A stretch of DNA of 60,286 nucleotides from Tricharina praecox. Its lineage: Eukaryota. The translations under genes and the position numbers were made by a program. The stretch's first letter is position 1. Each line of letters opens with the position of its first letter. Of the stretch, positions 13,203-26,243 are shown piece by piece. Below the pieces are notes generated by a model. The model was not told where the DNA came from, searched no databases, and saw only the letters and a program-made list of their open reading frames with translations. Location of the stretch: assembly GCF_024521635.1 (NCBI RefSeq), contig NW_026250459.1, positions 1 through 60,286 of the forward strand, in the 5' to 3' direction.

Positions 13203-15057
13203 ATGATGACGCCCCCCGCAGAGCCTGCGCGCGCACACGCGCACGCACATGACGATGACGACAACAAGCGACACAAGCGCGACGGCGGCTCACTCACGCT
13301 GCAGCGAACATTTTCCGGCGGGGATGCGGGCGGCGTATTTGGTGGCGACGGGGGGGTGCTTGGGAACTCGCGGTCGCGGCCGGACGGGTGGTGTGAGCGG
13401 CTCGATATTGCGCGGGAGGAGGGTGCGGACAGCAGTGATGTGGAGAAGGCGCTGCAGGACGAGGCAGAGGAGGAGGAGGCCGCCGATAAGTGGGAGGTCC
13501 GCTGGGAGGACGGCGATACAGATAATCCAAGGAATATGAAGAAGTGGGAGAAGTGGGTGTGCACCTACGTCGTCTCGTCGGCGAGTCTTTGCGTGTAAGT
13601 CTCTCGACTTCCGGAGTGGGGGTAGAGAGTAGAACGGGGCTGATGGGATTGCGGCGGCGGCAGGACCTGTACGAGTTCCATCTACACGAGCACGTACACG
13701 CAGATCAAGGGCGAGTTTGGAATTCCGCAGCTGGAGGCAGTGGCCGGACTGAGTCTTTTCGTGATGGGTCTCGGAATCGGTTTGTTCCCCCGGCCCTCTC
13801 TTCTGCGTCCCGCGGACTGATTTGTGTGGGCAGGACCGATGATTCTCGCGCCGCTATCGGAATTCTACGGGCGGAGACCGACATACCTCGTTTCTTTCAC
13901 CGTTTTCACCCTGCTGTTCCTGCCGTGTGCGTTGGCCCCGCATATCGCCGTGTTGCTGGTTTTCCGCTTCTTTTCGGGAATGGCCGGGAGTGCGTTCCTG
14001 TCTGTGGCCGGAGGGACCGTGGGTGATATGTTCTCCGGGAGAGACTTGGGTGCTCCCATGATGATCTATACCGCCAGTCCTGTACGTCCCGTCGTCCCCA
14101 CGTCCATTGCTGAGATGAATGGCAGCTGATGAGTAATAGTTCGTCGGCCCCGAACTCGGCCCCCTGCTCGGAGGCTTCATAAACCAGAACATCAGCTGGC
14201 GGTGGACATTCTGGATCGTAATGATCTGGTCGTTCCTCGAGCTCTGCCTGCTATACTTCTTCGTCCCCGAAACCTACACTCCTGTCCTCCTGCGTCGGCG
14301 CGCTGTGCACCTCCGCGCCACCACTTCGCAACCCTACTACGCCCCCATCGAGAACCTGACCCGCAGCATCCCGCGCACGATCGCCTGGTCCTGCCTGCGG
14401 CCTTTTCAGCTCCTCTTCTTCGAGCCCATGGTGCTGCTCCTGTGCATCTTCACCGCCATCCTGCTGGGCGTGTTATACCTGTTCTTCCAAGCCTTCCCAC
14501 TGGTCTTCTCGAAAGTCCACGGCTTCGACCTGCAAACAATCGGGCTGACGTTCCTGGGGCTATTCGTGGGTATGGTAATTGGGATCCTCTCGGACCCATT
14601 CTGGGGGTCGCTACGGCAGCGCTTGGTCGCCAAGAACGGCGGCGTGAGCGAACCCGAGTTCCGCTTGCCCTCGGGGATCCTGGGCGGCGTGCTCGTCCCC
14701 ATCGGCCTGTTCTGGTTCTCGTGGACAACGTACGCCTCCGTCCACTGGATCGTCCCTATCATCGCCTCGGCAGTCTTCGGCACCGGCACCCTGCTGGTAT
14801 TCTCCGGAGTGTTCACGTTCCTGGTCGACGCGTACCCGCTGTATGCCGCTAGCGCGCTCGCCGCGAATTCATTTGTGAGATCGTCGTTTGCGGCTGGGTT
14901 TCCGCTGTTTAGTGGCGTGCTCTACGCCCGTCTGGGGTATCAGTGGGCGGGCAGTATTCTTGCGTTCTTGACGGTCGTTATGGCGCCGGTTATGGCGGCT
15001 TTCTTTTTCTGGGGCAAGAGGATCCGGAAGGGAAGTAGGTTTGCGGGCGGGAAGTAG
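13203..15057 (+). CDS. MFS multidrug:H+ antiporter (DHA1-like); 4 exons (13203-13594, 13664-~13779, ~13834-~14082, 14140-15057)
   Basis: WEDGDTDNPRN, GPMILAPLSEFYGRRP, GGTVGDMF, GPELGPLLGGFI, PETYTPVLL, EPEFRLP, YAASALAANSFVRS motifs; canonical introns. Confidence 0.92.
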
Positions 15058-15474
15058 GGGGCTAACTAGTGGGTTCATGGGAAGCAGAGTGCATTGGATA
15101 GACGTGTGGGGGTTTTGTAATGTGTGATTGTTTCTTATGATGCGTTGCATGGCTTTTGGGCCTTTAGACGGGATTTGGGGTGGCTCGTTTTTGATGATAG
15201 ACCTAATGAAGATCGTTTCCTATCTACATATTGCGTGATGGCATGGGAAGACTGACTGACTCTTCAATCTCAATCTCAATCCTGAAACCGATTGATGCTG
15301 TACGGTGAGCTATTGTCGCCAACCTCCCTATCATATATCTATATACATCATGGGCAGCGCGCCCTAATCATATCAAGTCTCGTCTCGTCTCATTGAGACA
15401 CTCCACTCTATGTACAGATTATTCCTTAAATCCAGGTCTCGATTGATTATTTTACTTGACTTGCAAGCTTCTCC

Positions 15475-17706
15475 TCACCACTTCGGCTTCTTCGCTGCCT
15501 TTGCCGCTGCCTTTGCCGCTGCCTTGCTTTCTTTATTTGCTTTGGCTGCAGCAGCCTTGCTTCCTTTGCTTCCTTTGGTTGCAGCTGCCTTGATTGAAGC
15601 CGTTTTGATTGCCGCTGCACGTTTGGGGCTCGTCTTAACGACGGTAGCCCAGGGATTCGATTTTGCGGTTGCGGGTGGTGTTGGCGGAGGTGTTGGTGGT
15701 GGGGAGGCTGGGGCGGCCTCTGGTGTTGGTGTTGGTGTTGGTGTTGACGATGATGCTTCTGATCGTGTCGTAGGCTTTGAGGCCGGTGTCTGTTCCAGAG
15801 TGGCAGCTGATGTAGGAGTTGGTGTTGACGATAAGGCTTTTGACCGTTTCGCAGGTGTCTTTTTCGGAGTGGTAGCTGATGTAGCAGTTTGTGCTGACGA
15901 TGATGCTTTTGACCGTTTCGTAGGAGTCTTTCTCGGAGTGGTACTTGATGCAGCAGTGGGGGTTGGATTTTTGGCGGATGATGATTTTGCAGTCGTCCAG
16001 AGACTATTGTCCATAACCAACAGCTTCTCAACACTCAACATGTCACTCTTCGCCTTCGCGGCCCGTGCCTTCGCCATTCTCGCCCATGAAACAGCCGCCG
16101 CCTTAGTCCAGGTCGCCGACTTGCTCCCGGTCGCCGCTTTGCTCCAGGTCCCGCTTGGCCGGTGCTTGGCCGGCTTTATCCCCCTGGGTCCCTTGCCGAC
16201 CGGTTTCTTGCTCTTGCTCGAATACTTGAGGACACTGTCCATCGCCAGCAGTGCTTCCACCGACAGCGCTGCAAGATCTTTCACGCGGCCGCCGTGTCGG
16301 ATAATCGACGTTTCCGACTCCTGCATTTGCAACTCCGGAAGTTCCCCGCCGAACCGGGTCCACAACACCCTCTCCGCCGAATCACTTTCCACCACATCAT
16401 TCATCTCCTCCCCCCGTAGCGTAGCCTCCAACCACTGCCCCATCGCCCCCTCCTCGAGCCCCTCCTTCACAACCCCCACCGGATTCCCATCTTCCGCCTC
16501 GGTGTTGGCCCGCTGCACAAACAGTGCACGATCCTCCGCCGCAACTCCCTTCCCCAGACTCAGCAGCATACGCGGCACAACCTTCTGAGCCAGCAGGAGG
16601 CCCCAGCCGTGCCCAGGAACGAAGCCATTCGGCGGCCACCTTTTCGCATTCCTCCGGGTCCTATCAAACCTGAGCAGCGGGTCGACACTATACTGATTCC
16701 CCGAGACCACATCCGGGAACTCCACGCCCGGGCTGGCAAAAAACAGCAGCGGCCCCGCAAACGGGTCGGTCCAGTACAGCTGCGGATCGCTCCCGTAGAT
16801 TTGCCTGCGCAACATGGGATCGTAGCCGCTGCCCATGCGCCACGTGCCAGTGGACATGTCCCACCCCGCGTTGCCCTCCGCTATTCCTTCGGTAGAGACG
16901 TCAACCACCGGCTCCGCCGCGGCCACCGCGGCTATGGTACCCGGCCCCTGCGTGATCGCCGCCGCAATCGCAATGCCGCCCATGAATCGGGACGCCAGCA
17001 GCCCGGTCCGGCTCTCGGGAAACAACAGCCGCGTCTCTGAGACCGCGGCGAGGACGTCGTGGAGTACCTCGGGGAAGGTGGGCGGCTTGCCTCTGTAGAT
17101 GGGGGTTATGATGATTGCGGAGGACGGGGCCGGAGGTGCGGGAGTGAAGAGCGGGAGCGAGATTATGGTGGGTGTGCTTGGGGTGGCATCGGCGGGCCGT
17201 TCAATGTGGAGGCGGAGGGTTTTACGACCGGGGACTGGGTGCAGGTCGCTGTCGTCGATGTGGAGGTGGAGGTCGCTGTCTTTAGTGGGGAAGTGGAGGT
17301 CGTCATCTTCGGTGGGGAAGTGGAGGTCGTCATCTTCGGTGGGGAATTGGAGGTTGCCATCTTCAATGGGGAAGTGGAGGTCGTCATCTTCGGTGGGGAA
17401 TTGGAGGTTGCCATCTTCAATGGGGAAGTGGAGGTCGTCATCTTCGATGGGGAAGTGGATATCGCTATCTTCGATAGGGAGGTGGAGGTCGTCATCCACA
17501 GCGGTAGAGGGTACAGGTACGGCAGGTGGTGAAGTAGTAGTGGTAGTAGTACGAGCAGCGGCGAGATGTGTGGAACTGAATTGCCGTAAACGACAGGGCC
17601 GAACAGAACGCCTGAGGGCTGCCGAGAATATTGGAAGTGGCGGCTGATGCAGTGGGCGCAGTGGGCGCAGGACGTGGAGTAATCGTGCTGACATGGTGGT
17701 AGTCAT
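15475..17706 (-). CDS. Hypothetical protein with predicted mitochondrial presequence, acidic 9-aa repeats and a Lys/Ala/Pro-rich histone-H1-like tail
   Basis: Long intronless ORF; N-terminus MTTTMSARLLHVLRPLRP...RLRQFSS is Arg-rich and acid-free; C-terminus ...KAAAKAAAKAAKKPKW. Confidence 0.75.
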   Translation of the reverse strand: MTTTMSARLLHVLRPLRPLHQPPLPIFSAALRRSVRPCRLRQFSSTHLAAARTTTTTTSPPAVPVPSTAVDDDLHLPIEDSDIHFPIEDDDLHFPIEDGNLQFPTEDDDLHFPIEDGNLQFPTEDDDLHFPTEDDDLHFPTKDSDLHLHIDDSDLHPVPGRKTLRLHIERPADATPSTPTIISLPLFTPAPPAPSSAIIITPIYRGKPPTFPEVLHDVLAAVSETRLLFPESRTGLLASRFMGGIAIAAAITQGPGTIAAVAAAEPVVDVSTEGIAEGNAGWDMSTGTWRMGSGYDPMLRRQIYGSDPQLYWTDPFAGPLLFFASPGVEFPDVVSGNQYSVDPLLRFDRTRRNAKRWPPNGFVPGHGWGLLLAQKVVPRMLLSLGKGVAAEDRALFVQRANTEAEDGNPVGVVKEGLEEGAMGQWLEATLRGEEMNDVVESDSAERVLWTRFGGELPELQMQESETSIIRHGGRVKDLAALSVEALLAMDSVLKYSSKSKKPVGKGPRGIKPAKHRPSGTWSKAATGSKSATWTKAAAVSWARMAKARAAKAKSDMLSVEKLLVMDNSLWTTAKSSSAKNPTPTAASSTTPRKTPTKRSKASSSAQTATSATTPKKTPAKRSKALSSTPTPTSAATLEQTPASKPTTRSEASSSTPTPTPTPEAAPASPPPTPPPTPPATAKSNPWATVVKTSPKRAAAIKTASIKAAATKGSKGSKAAAAKANKESKAAAKAAAKAAKKPKW
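17250..17497 (-). repeat. Coding 27-bp tandem repeat (DDDLHFPIE-type, ~9 units)
   Basis: Repeated GGGGAAGTGGAGGTCGTCATCTTC on + strand; translation DDDLHLPIE DSDIHFPIE DDDLHFPIE DGNLQFPTE ... Confidence 0.9.
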
Positions 17707-18754
17707 GGTAATGGCGACGGAGGGGACGTTGGGAATCAACTTGAGATTAAGTTTGGGCCAATTTTTAGGTGACACAAACATGCGGAAGCAAATTAGGCGA
17801 GGGCGGTTTAGCTGCCGCGGGGTGGTGGGGGGCCGGGGCATGGTCTGCGGTATGCATAGATATAGTCTCTATCACTGCACCCAGCAGTCATCACTCTAGA
17901 ACTGCCTCTGCAGGCAGAATTGAATGTCCCGAGCGGAATACCAGGAGGACGCAAACTAGGAAGGCTGTAGATTTCACGGCAGCACTTTTCGAGGAGCGAC
18001 GATTGCGTGAAGAACTTACACAACATATTTGTTCGATAAACGAAAACAACAGAATGCGGTAGAGAACCAAGAGCTCAGATCGCTTACCGGTAGGAATGCG
18101 GCGATGGCCGACCTTACGAGCTGGATCCACTTCCAGTACAGCCGCGCTCTTGTCTCGGCCCGTCCAGGTGACTTCTTGCCGCCGGTTGGGCCTGATGCTC
18201 TTTCGGCTGGAGCGGGAAAGCCGTGAGGGCCATACTCAGCCGTCGCACAGAGACAAGTCTTGCATGTTCAGCCAGTGCAATTGCATGTCCAAATCCCGCA
18301 TGGGTGCGCCGGCCAAACAACCAAGACCTGCGTAGGACGGAGTCTGCGAATACTGAATGCCAATCAACGACGAAACTCAGGCTGTCATGAGTTTGTCCAC
18401 GTGATGGACAGTGCGCTTGTGTCACCCGAAATAGCGTCAAAATGAACATAAAAAGACGCCTGGCCCCTTCTGTATTAGTGTGCATGTATGCCAAGAAGCT
18501 TGTTTTCAAGGGACAGTCTTCGACCTGGGCCCGGGGGCAACGTCTTCCCTCCCCACTCTCTCGTTCTCTGTTTGGCATCCTCTCGTCCTCGCCTACTCTA
18601 CGCGGGCCAGAAGTCTCCTCACTCGTCAATTGCCAGCGGCTGTTCTCCTCTTGCCTTCCAGAACGTGTGACTCTCCTCCAGCTGCTGCGGTGATACAGAC
18701 ACTCCCACCTCCGTGGATACCCCGCTAATCTGGCTGCTAACACGACGGCGTTCA

Positions 18755-20615
18755 GAGGGACGAATCCATTCGAGAGGTTGCGCGACCGAGCATGAACGCG
18801 GACAGCTTCTACGACACTCTCCTTGCCTCAATAGGCCATGGTGGACGCGAGAAAGATCGTATGCGAGCGGATGTTGCACCACCACAAATCGAGGCCCCCG
18901 TGGCCGGCGATGTTGTGATCAAGCCAACTCCTGCAATTGCCCGTCCTTCTCCGCCGGTTGTCAAGACGGAGGGCTCACGGTTGGATGTCGTTAGTCGCCC
19001 CCCACGAACTACGCTGCCCGCCGATACACCTGCGGTCAAGGCCGAGTCTGTCGAAACACCAGCGATCGGAGTCGGGGCTGCCTCTTCGCGAAAGAACGAG
19101 CCTCTCGCTTCTTCGGCCTCACCCCCCAACAAGTCATTGACCCAGCTGGAAGCGGAGCTTCGGGCTAGACTGTTGGCTTCGACCAAGAAGCGGAAAGCCC
19201 AAGGGGCTAGCCGACCTCCCTCGCTACCACCGTCCAAGAGACCGCCGAGAGGATCCCCTGTTTTCACAGCCGTCCCGCTGACCAGTCGGTCATCCGGGGA
19301 AGAGGCTTTGCCCAAGCAACCCAATGTCCCCCAGAGTCCTGTATCCCCATTCGTCCCTGCCCAAGAAACCCCAACGGTGTCTCAGCCGCACGGAAAATTG
19401 GCGTTGCCTCCCAAGCCTCCCCAGCGCGACGGCTTCAAGCTGCGCATCAAACTGCCCTTTGCATTTGCTGGGTCATCTTCCATTACGCTGGAGACTGACA
19501 AACTTCCGCTTACTACCCCCATCTCCGCAATCCTTGATCTGTTTAACCGCCGCTCTCCGCTAGATCATTTGTACTTTGCCCCCCCTTCCCCCCGGGATGA
19601 ACCCCACCCCGAACCTACGCGGAGTGATGCGGACGAAGAGGGTGTTGTCGGTCTAGGTATTGCGATAGACTCGGGTCAGAGGTTCTACCGGGATCCACCT
19701 CGGAATATGGGAGTCGGAGGATGGCGGGATCCTGCACCTAGTAGGGGCGGTCCAAATTGGGATCCGGGTGTCGGAAATCTGAGGGCTACGTTGGAAGATG
19801 TGGCAACTGTATTTGGTGCCGAGATGGTTGAGTGCGAAATTCGATGCGATCCGCGCCCTAAATCTTCTCACCGCCGGGGAAGTGGTGGAGGAAGCGGATC
19901 CGCAGCAGTCGACTCGAAGCAGGCCGACTATTATGAGGAAGATGATGACGAGAAATGGCAGGAAGCCAAGCCTGAAGATGAGTGGGTCTCACCGGCCGTG
20001 GAGCAAGGCCAATGGGATTACAATATGTATGTCGCGCCGGGGTCGTGGGATGCTGCCATGTTTACGGCAATGTCAATACCCATGGACTGGATCCCTGGCA
20101 TCCCTGGCATCGCCGCGTACCAGCAGCACCGCACACCCCAAGAGCCCGACCTCGAACCCGCCCAGCGTTGGATTCCCGGCCACCAGGACTACAATGATGC
20201 CGGTTGGAGATTTGGATTTGGCCGCAACGATCACCAGGAGTCTTCGCTGCCTACCCGTTCACTTCCAACGCACATCAATCCTCCTACCCCAGTTCCCTCA
20301 ACCGCTACTGCTGGTCTCACTCCGCCAATCCCCACAGGTCCGCGCACCTCAACAATTCCCTCTCACGTTCCCCCTCGCCAGCCTGCCACTGAGAATAAGA
20401 AGAATAAAAAGCGTGGAGGTAATGCGGCCCGCGGTGGTGGAGGCGGCAGGAAAAAGAACAAAACACCATCTGGCAAGAGAGGAGTTCGGGGTGGTGGCAA
20501 TGGTGGTGGTGGCAATGGTGGTGGTAGTAATGCTGGTGGTAATGGTAGTGCCAGTGGTGGTGGTGGCAAAAGTGGTGGCAACAGTGGTGGCAGCACCGCC
20601 ATTAGAAGCGCTTAA
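18755..20615 (+). CDS. Hypothetical Pro-rich protein with basic/Gly-rich C-terminus; probably has additional upstream exon(s)
   Basis: 607-aa ORF from 18792; branch site GCTAAC plus TTCAG acceptor ending at 18754 precedes it; small globular segment FKLRIKLPFAF...AILDLFNRRSPLDHLYF; NLS-like KKRK and KKNKKR. Confidence 0.7.
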
Positions 20616-21635
20616 TCCACCAACCAGGTGAGCACTCTTCCATTCCCGACCTCGGTCTGTCATACCACGCCCGCCAGTTGCGTGTGTATCTGATAGGCTA
20701 CAGGTGTTTGACGACGTGCACGCCACGGTTCGAAGTCGCTGCACGGTTTTCCATTTTCCTTTTCGTACAATTGCATTGGATGGCGGTTTCTGCTTCCTTG
20801 GCATATGGTGTTTGCCTGCTTTCACATACCGTACTTCTCTGGCTTCTACTCTTTCATGTAATGTTACCCCCTGTTTCATGCGTTAAGAAAAGTGCAAGAT
20901 TACCTAGAATCTTGTACTTCTTAATACACCTTTTTTGCCTGTAAAATGATGTGGCTTTCGTGACCTGCTTCATCATCTCGGATCACTCGTGCGTTGAATC
21001 GACCACCAAGATGAATCCCTGTTGATGCGTGATGACCGTGGATATAATGCTGCACCAAATAATGTTCGCTTAAGTCAGCTGCAATTGATTCCGACTTGAA
21101 GACTGGATTCAGTGATGAGTTCAATGTCGATGTTCCATCTAGTCCGTGGACCGGACCGATGCGCAAATCGTAAGACTATGCAACCAGCTGGCCGGTATGC
21201 GAACTCGACAAGAAAGGCTCAACCAATAATTATGCCAAAGCATAATGCAGCGGGCTACCAGGTAACATGACTCGACCGCGGGGGAAAATGGTCATTATAC
21301 CTAACTGCTGAGTTGTGATCTTCAGCTCTAGTGTTTCTGGGTATTACCGTTATGGTTCGGAGATCATGGTGGAGATTGGCGACTCGCGAGCCGGGATGAT
21401 AGAAGGGAATTTCTGGGTCCGCGAGAGCTGGCCGGCTTGCGAAATGTTCTCCAGCTTTCCGAACTAGACAGTTCGTGAAATTTGAAGCTTCAGGCTCGTC
21501 GAATGGATAGAATCAATGTGCTGCTGCAATATATATGCAACTCGAACACCTCCATCCAACCTGACTGAGTGCCCACCTCAATACTAGCCCGCTCCCCAGA
21601 AAGCAGAAAGTAGAAAACCCCCAGAAAATAAAAAC

Positions 21636-22106
21636 ATGTCTCTTTACTTCACAAACCGCCCCAACCCCGGCGCACCCTCCCTGTTACTCTTGCTAACGCT
21701 CGCGCTTCTCATCCCTTTCACGCCGCCGAACCCCTCGCACCTCCTGCAGCTCCCGCTGCTTCTCGGCGCCAGCACTCCGCACCGCCTCTGCACTCCGCTG
21801 CTGCACTTCACCTTCCTCGCGGGGATACTATCGATCTATTCCTCCATCACACCGCTAGCCGCCTGGTCGCTCGCCGCGTCGGTGGGGCTATACGCGCGGA
21901 TGTTCCCGGCAGGGACTAGCAGGAGCGTGGTGGCCAAGTTGCTGTTGTATCTTGCGTTGAATGCTAGGCTGAGGGAGGGCTGGGAGATCACGGGTATAAA
22001 CTGTGATTTCACGGAGGGGTGGTGTAATGTGCGCGCTGGCGCGTGGCAGCGCATAACTGTGTGGGCCGCTGTTACGGCGGTGAGGTTTTGGCGGTTTGGG
22101 CCTTGA
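21636..22106 (+). CDS. Small hypothetical multi-pass membrane protein
   Basis: 156-aa ORF with A-rich Kozak context (AAAACATG), upstream TATATA at ~21530, several hydrophobic segments. Confidence 0.55.
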   Translation: MSLYFTNRPNPGAPSLLLLLTLALLIPFTPPNPSHLLQLPLLLGASTPHRLCTPLLHFTFLAGILSIYSSITPLAAWSLAASVGLYARMFPAGTSRSVVAKLLLYLALNARLREGWEITGINCDFTEGWCNVRAGAWQRITVWAAVTAVRFWRFGP

Positions 22107-22694
22107 TTGGATAGCATATGTGGAGAGAATTGACATTCCCCATATAGTGGTTGAGAGGTGGGATAGGTCTCGCAGGTAGAGGCAAGGTAAATGACACACT
22201 GTGGGTATCTGGTATGCAGTGGAGAGGTCATTCGTCCTGTTGGCGTGGCTGATCTTGGAAGCGCCTCGAAGGTAGGTATGGAGTCTGCCCTGAATAGCGT
22301 CTGTTTCCGTCGTTCAAGTAGGTGAAGTACTTGCAGGCTTCATGAACTGGGACTCTCAGTAGAGGAAAGGAGAGTACAGTTGTCTACCCGAGGAATGGGC
22401 CAAAGTTCAAACGCGATTTGCGAGTTTGCGGGATATATACATAGACGCGGTGTATGCTAAATTAGATCAAGTGCTCGGGAGTCGGGAGTCGGAGGTTGGC
22501 CGCAGTCAACTCGGCTGGATTGTGTAATGGCCACGTGACAGTCAGAACCTAATCGCGCCCCGCACTTCACACTATCTACGGTAACTCACTAGCAACGACA
22601 CGCTAGCTGCAACGTTTCAACTGCCTCGAACTTTACGCCCCACCCACGACGATAGTTAATTGCAACGCGCCGAATCCCGATACCACAGCCCATC

Positions 22695-25600
22695 ATGGAC
22701 GCCATGGACATCGACATGCCCTCACCGGTGGCGCCGCCCATTTGCGTGCTCGACAAGCTCCCCGCCGAGATCCTCCTACAGCTCACCGACTACCTATCGC
22801 AACAAGAGCTCCAAGATCTAGTCAAAGCGTCGCCGCGCAGCCAGTCGCTGCGCAAGCTCAACATCCTAACATTTGCATGCAAGACCTTCGCGCCCTGGCG
22901 GCGGCGCTGGACGATGTTCAGCCAAGCATATTCCGCCGCGCTCCTCGAAGCACAGGACGCCGCATGGAACGCGAATCCGACCGGTGCATCATCGCCCGCG
23001 ATCCAGTCGTTTACCGTGTCCGTCGTCAGCTCGGCGCAGGTCCACCGCGAGGGAACGGTGAAAAAGGGCGACAAGGAGAAGCACCTGGAGTCGGTCATGC
23101 AGACTGTCTTCGAATGCTATGGCTTTCTCCCGCCGAACTGGGCGGCGAGCGCGGCAGAGCCGTTATCGCCTTCGAAACATAGTATCCGCCAGCTGAAGCG
23201 GTATACGTTGAGGAGCGAGGCGCTGCGGTTTCCGGTCATCACCGAGAGGATGGTTTTTGATGTGATTAAAGGGCTGTTTGATGAATCACAAGCGGATGAG
23301 AGGGGGTATTTATGCTTGAAAAAGCTAGGCTGCGAGTTGGGGCTACTCAGGAATGAGCTGGAGACAGTGACCGGCGCACCGGTATCTCTCATCCGGAGGA
23401 TCGTTCCGCACCACAACATAGAAGCCGGGGAGGAGCTGATGCAGTGTTATATGCTCATTACGGCATATTTGATGTACACATCTCTCGAGCCGTCACAGCT
23501 GCGAGGGGTAATTGTGCGTGCGACTCCGGTGGAGAACGTCGGGAAGCACTACGATGATCGGCGTAAGGTGCTGACGGAGTATCTCTGCTTTTTGGGGCTG
23601 TGGATGGATCTGTGGGAGGCGCAGATAGGGTTGATGAGGTTTCCCAGGGAGTATAGAGTGCCTCTGAGCGCATTTACACCGCAGAACAGACGAGTGCTGC
23701 ATGGGGCGTTGAAGGTGGCTCTAGGAGAGATGTTTGCGCCTGCAAAACCAATCATGAGAGAAGCAAGTACCTCCAGCCAAAGACTAGCACAACCGCCTTC
23801 TACGGCAGCGCCAGCAGTAAGGAAGGGAACTTTTGCACCGTCGAACCGATCACACTCTCTCACCATGGAGTGCTCCTCTCAACCGACTCATGGAGGCCGC
23901 CGTGGGTTTCAAAGAAGCAACTCTTGGGGGTTGGATGGCTTCGGATCGCAAACATGTGCAGAAGCACCTGAGACGCCTATATCCACATTAACAACCGAGC
24001 AAAGAGGGGTGGTAAACGCCGAACTAAACTCAGGCGAGCTCATGAAGATCCGAGCTTATGCTGGCACCGGGAAAACTAGGTGTCTTGTAGAATACGCAAA
24101 GCTGCGACCACGGAAGACCTTCCTCTACGTAGCATTCAACAAGAGCGCTGAAATGGATGCGAAATTGAAGTTTGGATCCAATGTGACTTGTATGTGCCCT
24201 TCGTTTGGTGCAAGCAGGTCAGGCTTATAGTTTTCAGGCAAAACCGTTCATGCTCTCGCTCTCAGTGTGCTCAGTCATCTCGCCCCACACGTCTATGCGG
24301 CCAAGGAAGATGAAACTATGCCGATCCCGAGCTTTTGGGGAAGTAAACAACTCGTGGAACTGCTGAAGCTCGACGAGGAACAGGTCATCAGAGATTCACT
24401 CCAGAACCCGGAAGCACACTACAAGCCTGGCCGCAGGAAGAAACGAACCACCGCAGAATCCGATCGCGCAGCACAACCAGGATACCAGCCCAGCCAGACT
24501 CAGGATGGGCAAAAGAAGCCATTTCCTACCGCCGCCACCGTCGCAAATGTCGTTAAAAGGACTTTGGAGCGGTTCTGGAACTCTGTTGAAAGCGACGTCC
24601 AGGAGAGTTGCTTGCCGAAGTTCATGATCGAAAAGCTAGGCTTGAAATCCTCGGTGGTGTTGCGGTGGGCTAAGGATATTTGGCGGGATATTGGGCGTGC
24701 AGTTGCACCTTGGCTTCCCCACGATGCGTATCTCAAGCTTATGTATCTCTTGGGCGTGGGAACCGAGGGTGACAAGAGGGCGTTTGGGCATTACGATGTC
24801 ATATTGTTCGACGAAGCCCAGGACGCCAATCCATGCATGGCCACCATCATTCTTCGGCAACAGGCGAGGGGCGTCGCACTGATCGTGGTCGGAGACCCCT
24901 ACCAACGCATCTACGGCTTCCGCGGCGCCGAGAACGAGGTTTTCGATGACGAAAGGTTCCCGCCTCAGACGACGCATTATCTTACGTGGAGTTTCCGATT
25001 CGGCGACGGGATAGCTTCGGTGGCCAACATCCTTCTCAGCGCACTCGGCGAAAAGGTTCCAGTTAACGGTGTCCGAAAAATTGACTCCGTTAGTGCCGTA
25101 GCAAAAACCGCACAGTTAGCATCGCATCCAGAGGAGTCATTCACCGTAATATTCCGCAAAAACGTCTCGTTGATAGAATACGCCATCATGCTCGGTATCC
25201 AATGCCCCAATCACAGGATGTGCCTGAAGATCCAACGCAACTTCCGGAAAGCAACACTGTTCACCAACCTCCGCGAAGCACACGCACTCCTACACGAGGG
25301 CCGCATCGCAACTACCTACCCCCTCAAGAGCTGGAAAACCTGGGAGGACCTCAAAAACCACATCGAAGCGGAGCATGAAGACGGCGGCTCCTCCGATTCA
25401 CCAATTCTCAGCCTTGTCGTTCAGCTCGAAAAAACCTTAATGGACCCAACCTTCCCCGCACTCCTCCAACGTGTGGAAGCAAACGTCCTCGATGATTCGG
25501 AAATGCACCTCGCGGACATCATCCTCATCACCGCCCACCAGGCCAAGGGGCTAGAATGGGACCGCGTCCACGTTTTCGACGACTTCAAACCCGACTATTC

Positions 25601-26243
25601 CGTTCGCAACCGCCTCCAAAAGATCAAATACTGGCGCGAGGAAGCATGCGTCCTTTACGTCGCCCTCACCCGCGCCCGCAAAGAACTACTAATCCAGTCT
25701 CCTCTTCGAGAATGGCTCACTGGCGACCGCGGCTGGCAAAAAACATACCTTCAGCTGAAACCCAGCACTTGCCAGTTCATCGAATCTGCCATGGACTCGT
25801 TTCAGCTAGAGTTTGAGCCACTCCGTCAACTGAGCAATATCCTCATAAATACCCACAACCTCATCCCGCCGAACAGCTTCACGGGAGTTATCGATCTCTC
25901 GCCGAACTTGAACTCCCCTGTACGAGGGGGTGCGGTGTGTCGCCCCGGCCCTACGTTCAACGTCGCGCACAGAGAGATCATGTGCCTACGCTGCGCTTCA
26001 TTGATCATGTCGAATCTCCCCGTCCATCGCCACGGAAGTTGTCCGGAAACGGAGCAGTATGTGCGCGTAATTGTTCAGAGGATCTTGAGGCTCGAGCAGA
26101 GCGAAGATGATGAGGAGGTCGTATGGTGTGAGCGATCCCCATGGGTGGAGGTTTGGCTGGCGTGGGGTGGCGTTGAAATGGAGCGCGTTGATTTTTGGGG
26201 TAGAGGGGTGTGGCAGCAGTTGGTGCGGGATGTGGAGGAATAA
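22695..26243 (+). CDS. fbh1: F-box DNA helicase (UvrD/SF1), Fbh1-like; exons 22695-24189, 24238-26243
   Basis: N-terminal F-box LDKLPAEILLQLTDYL; helicase motifs AYAGTGKT, DEAQD, VVGDPYQRIYGFRGA, SFRFG, TAHQAKGLEW, LYVALTRARKEL; intron GTATGT..TTTCAG restores TCKTVHALA. Confidence 0.9.

Noticed and set aside
15410..16588. 392-aa hydrophobic-looking + strand ORF
   Set aside because: Antisense shadow of the K/A/T-rich tail of the 17706 gene
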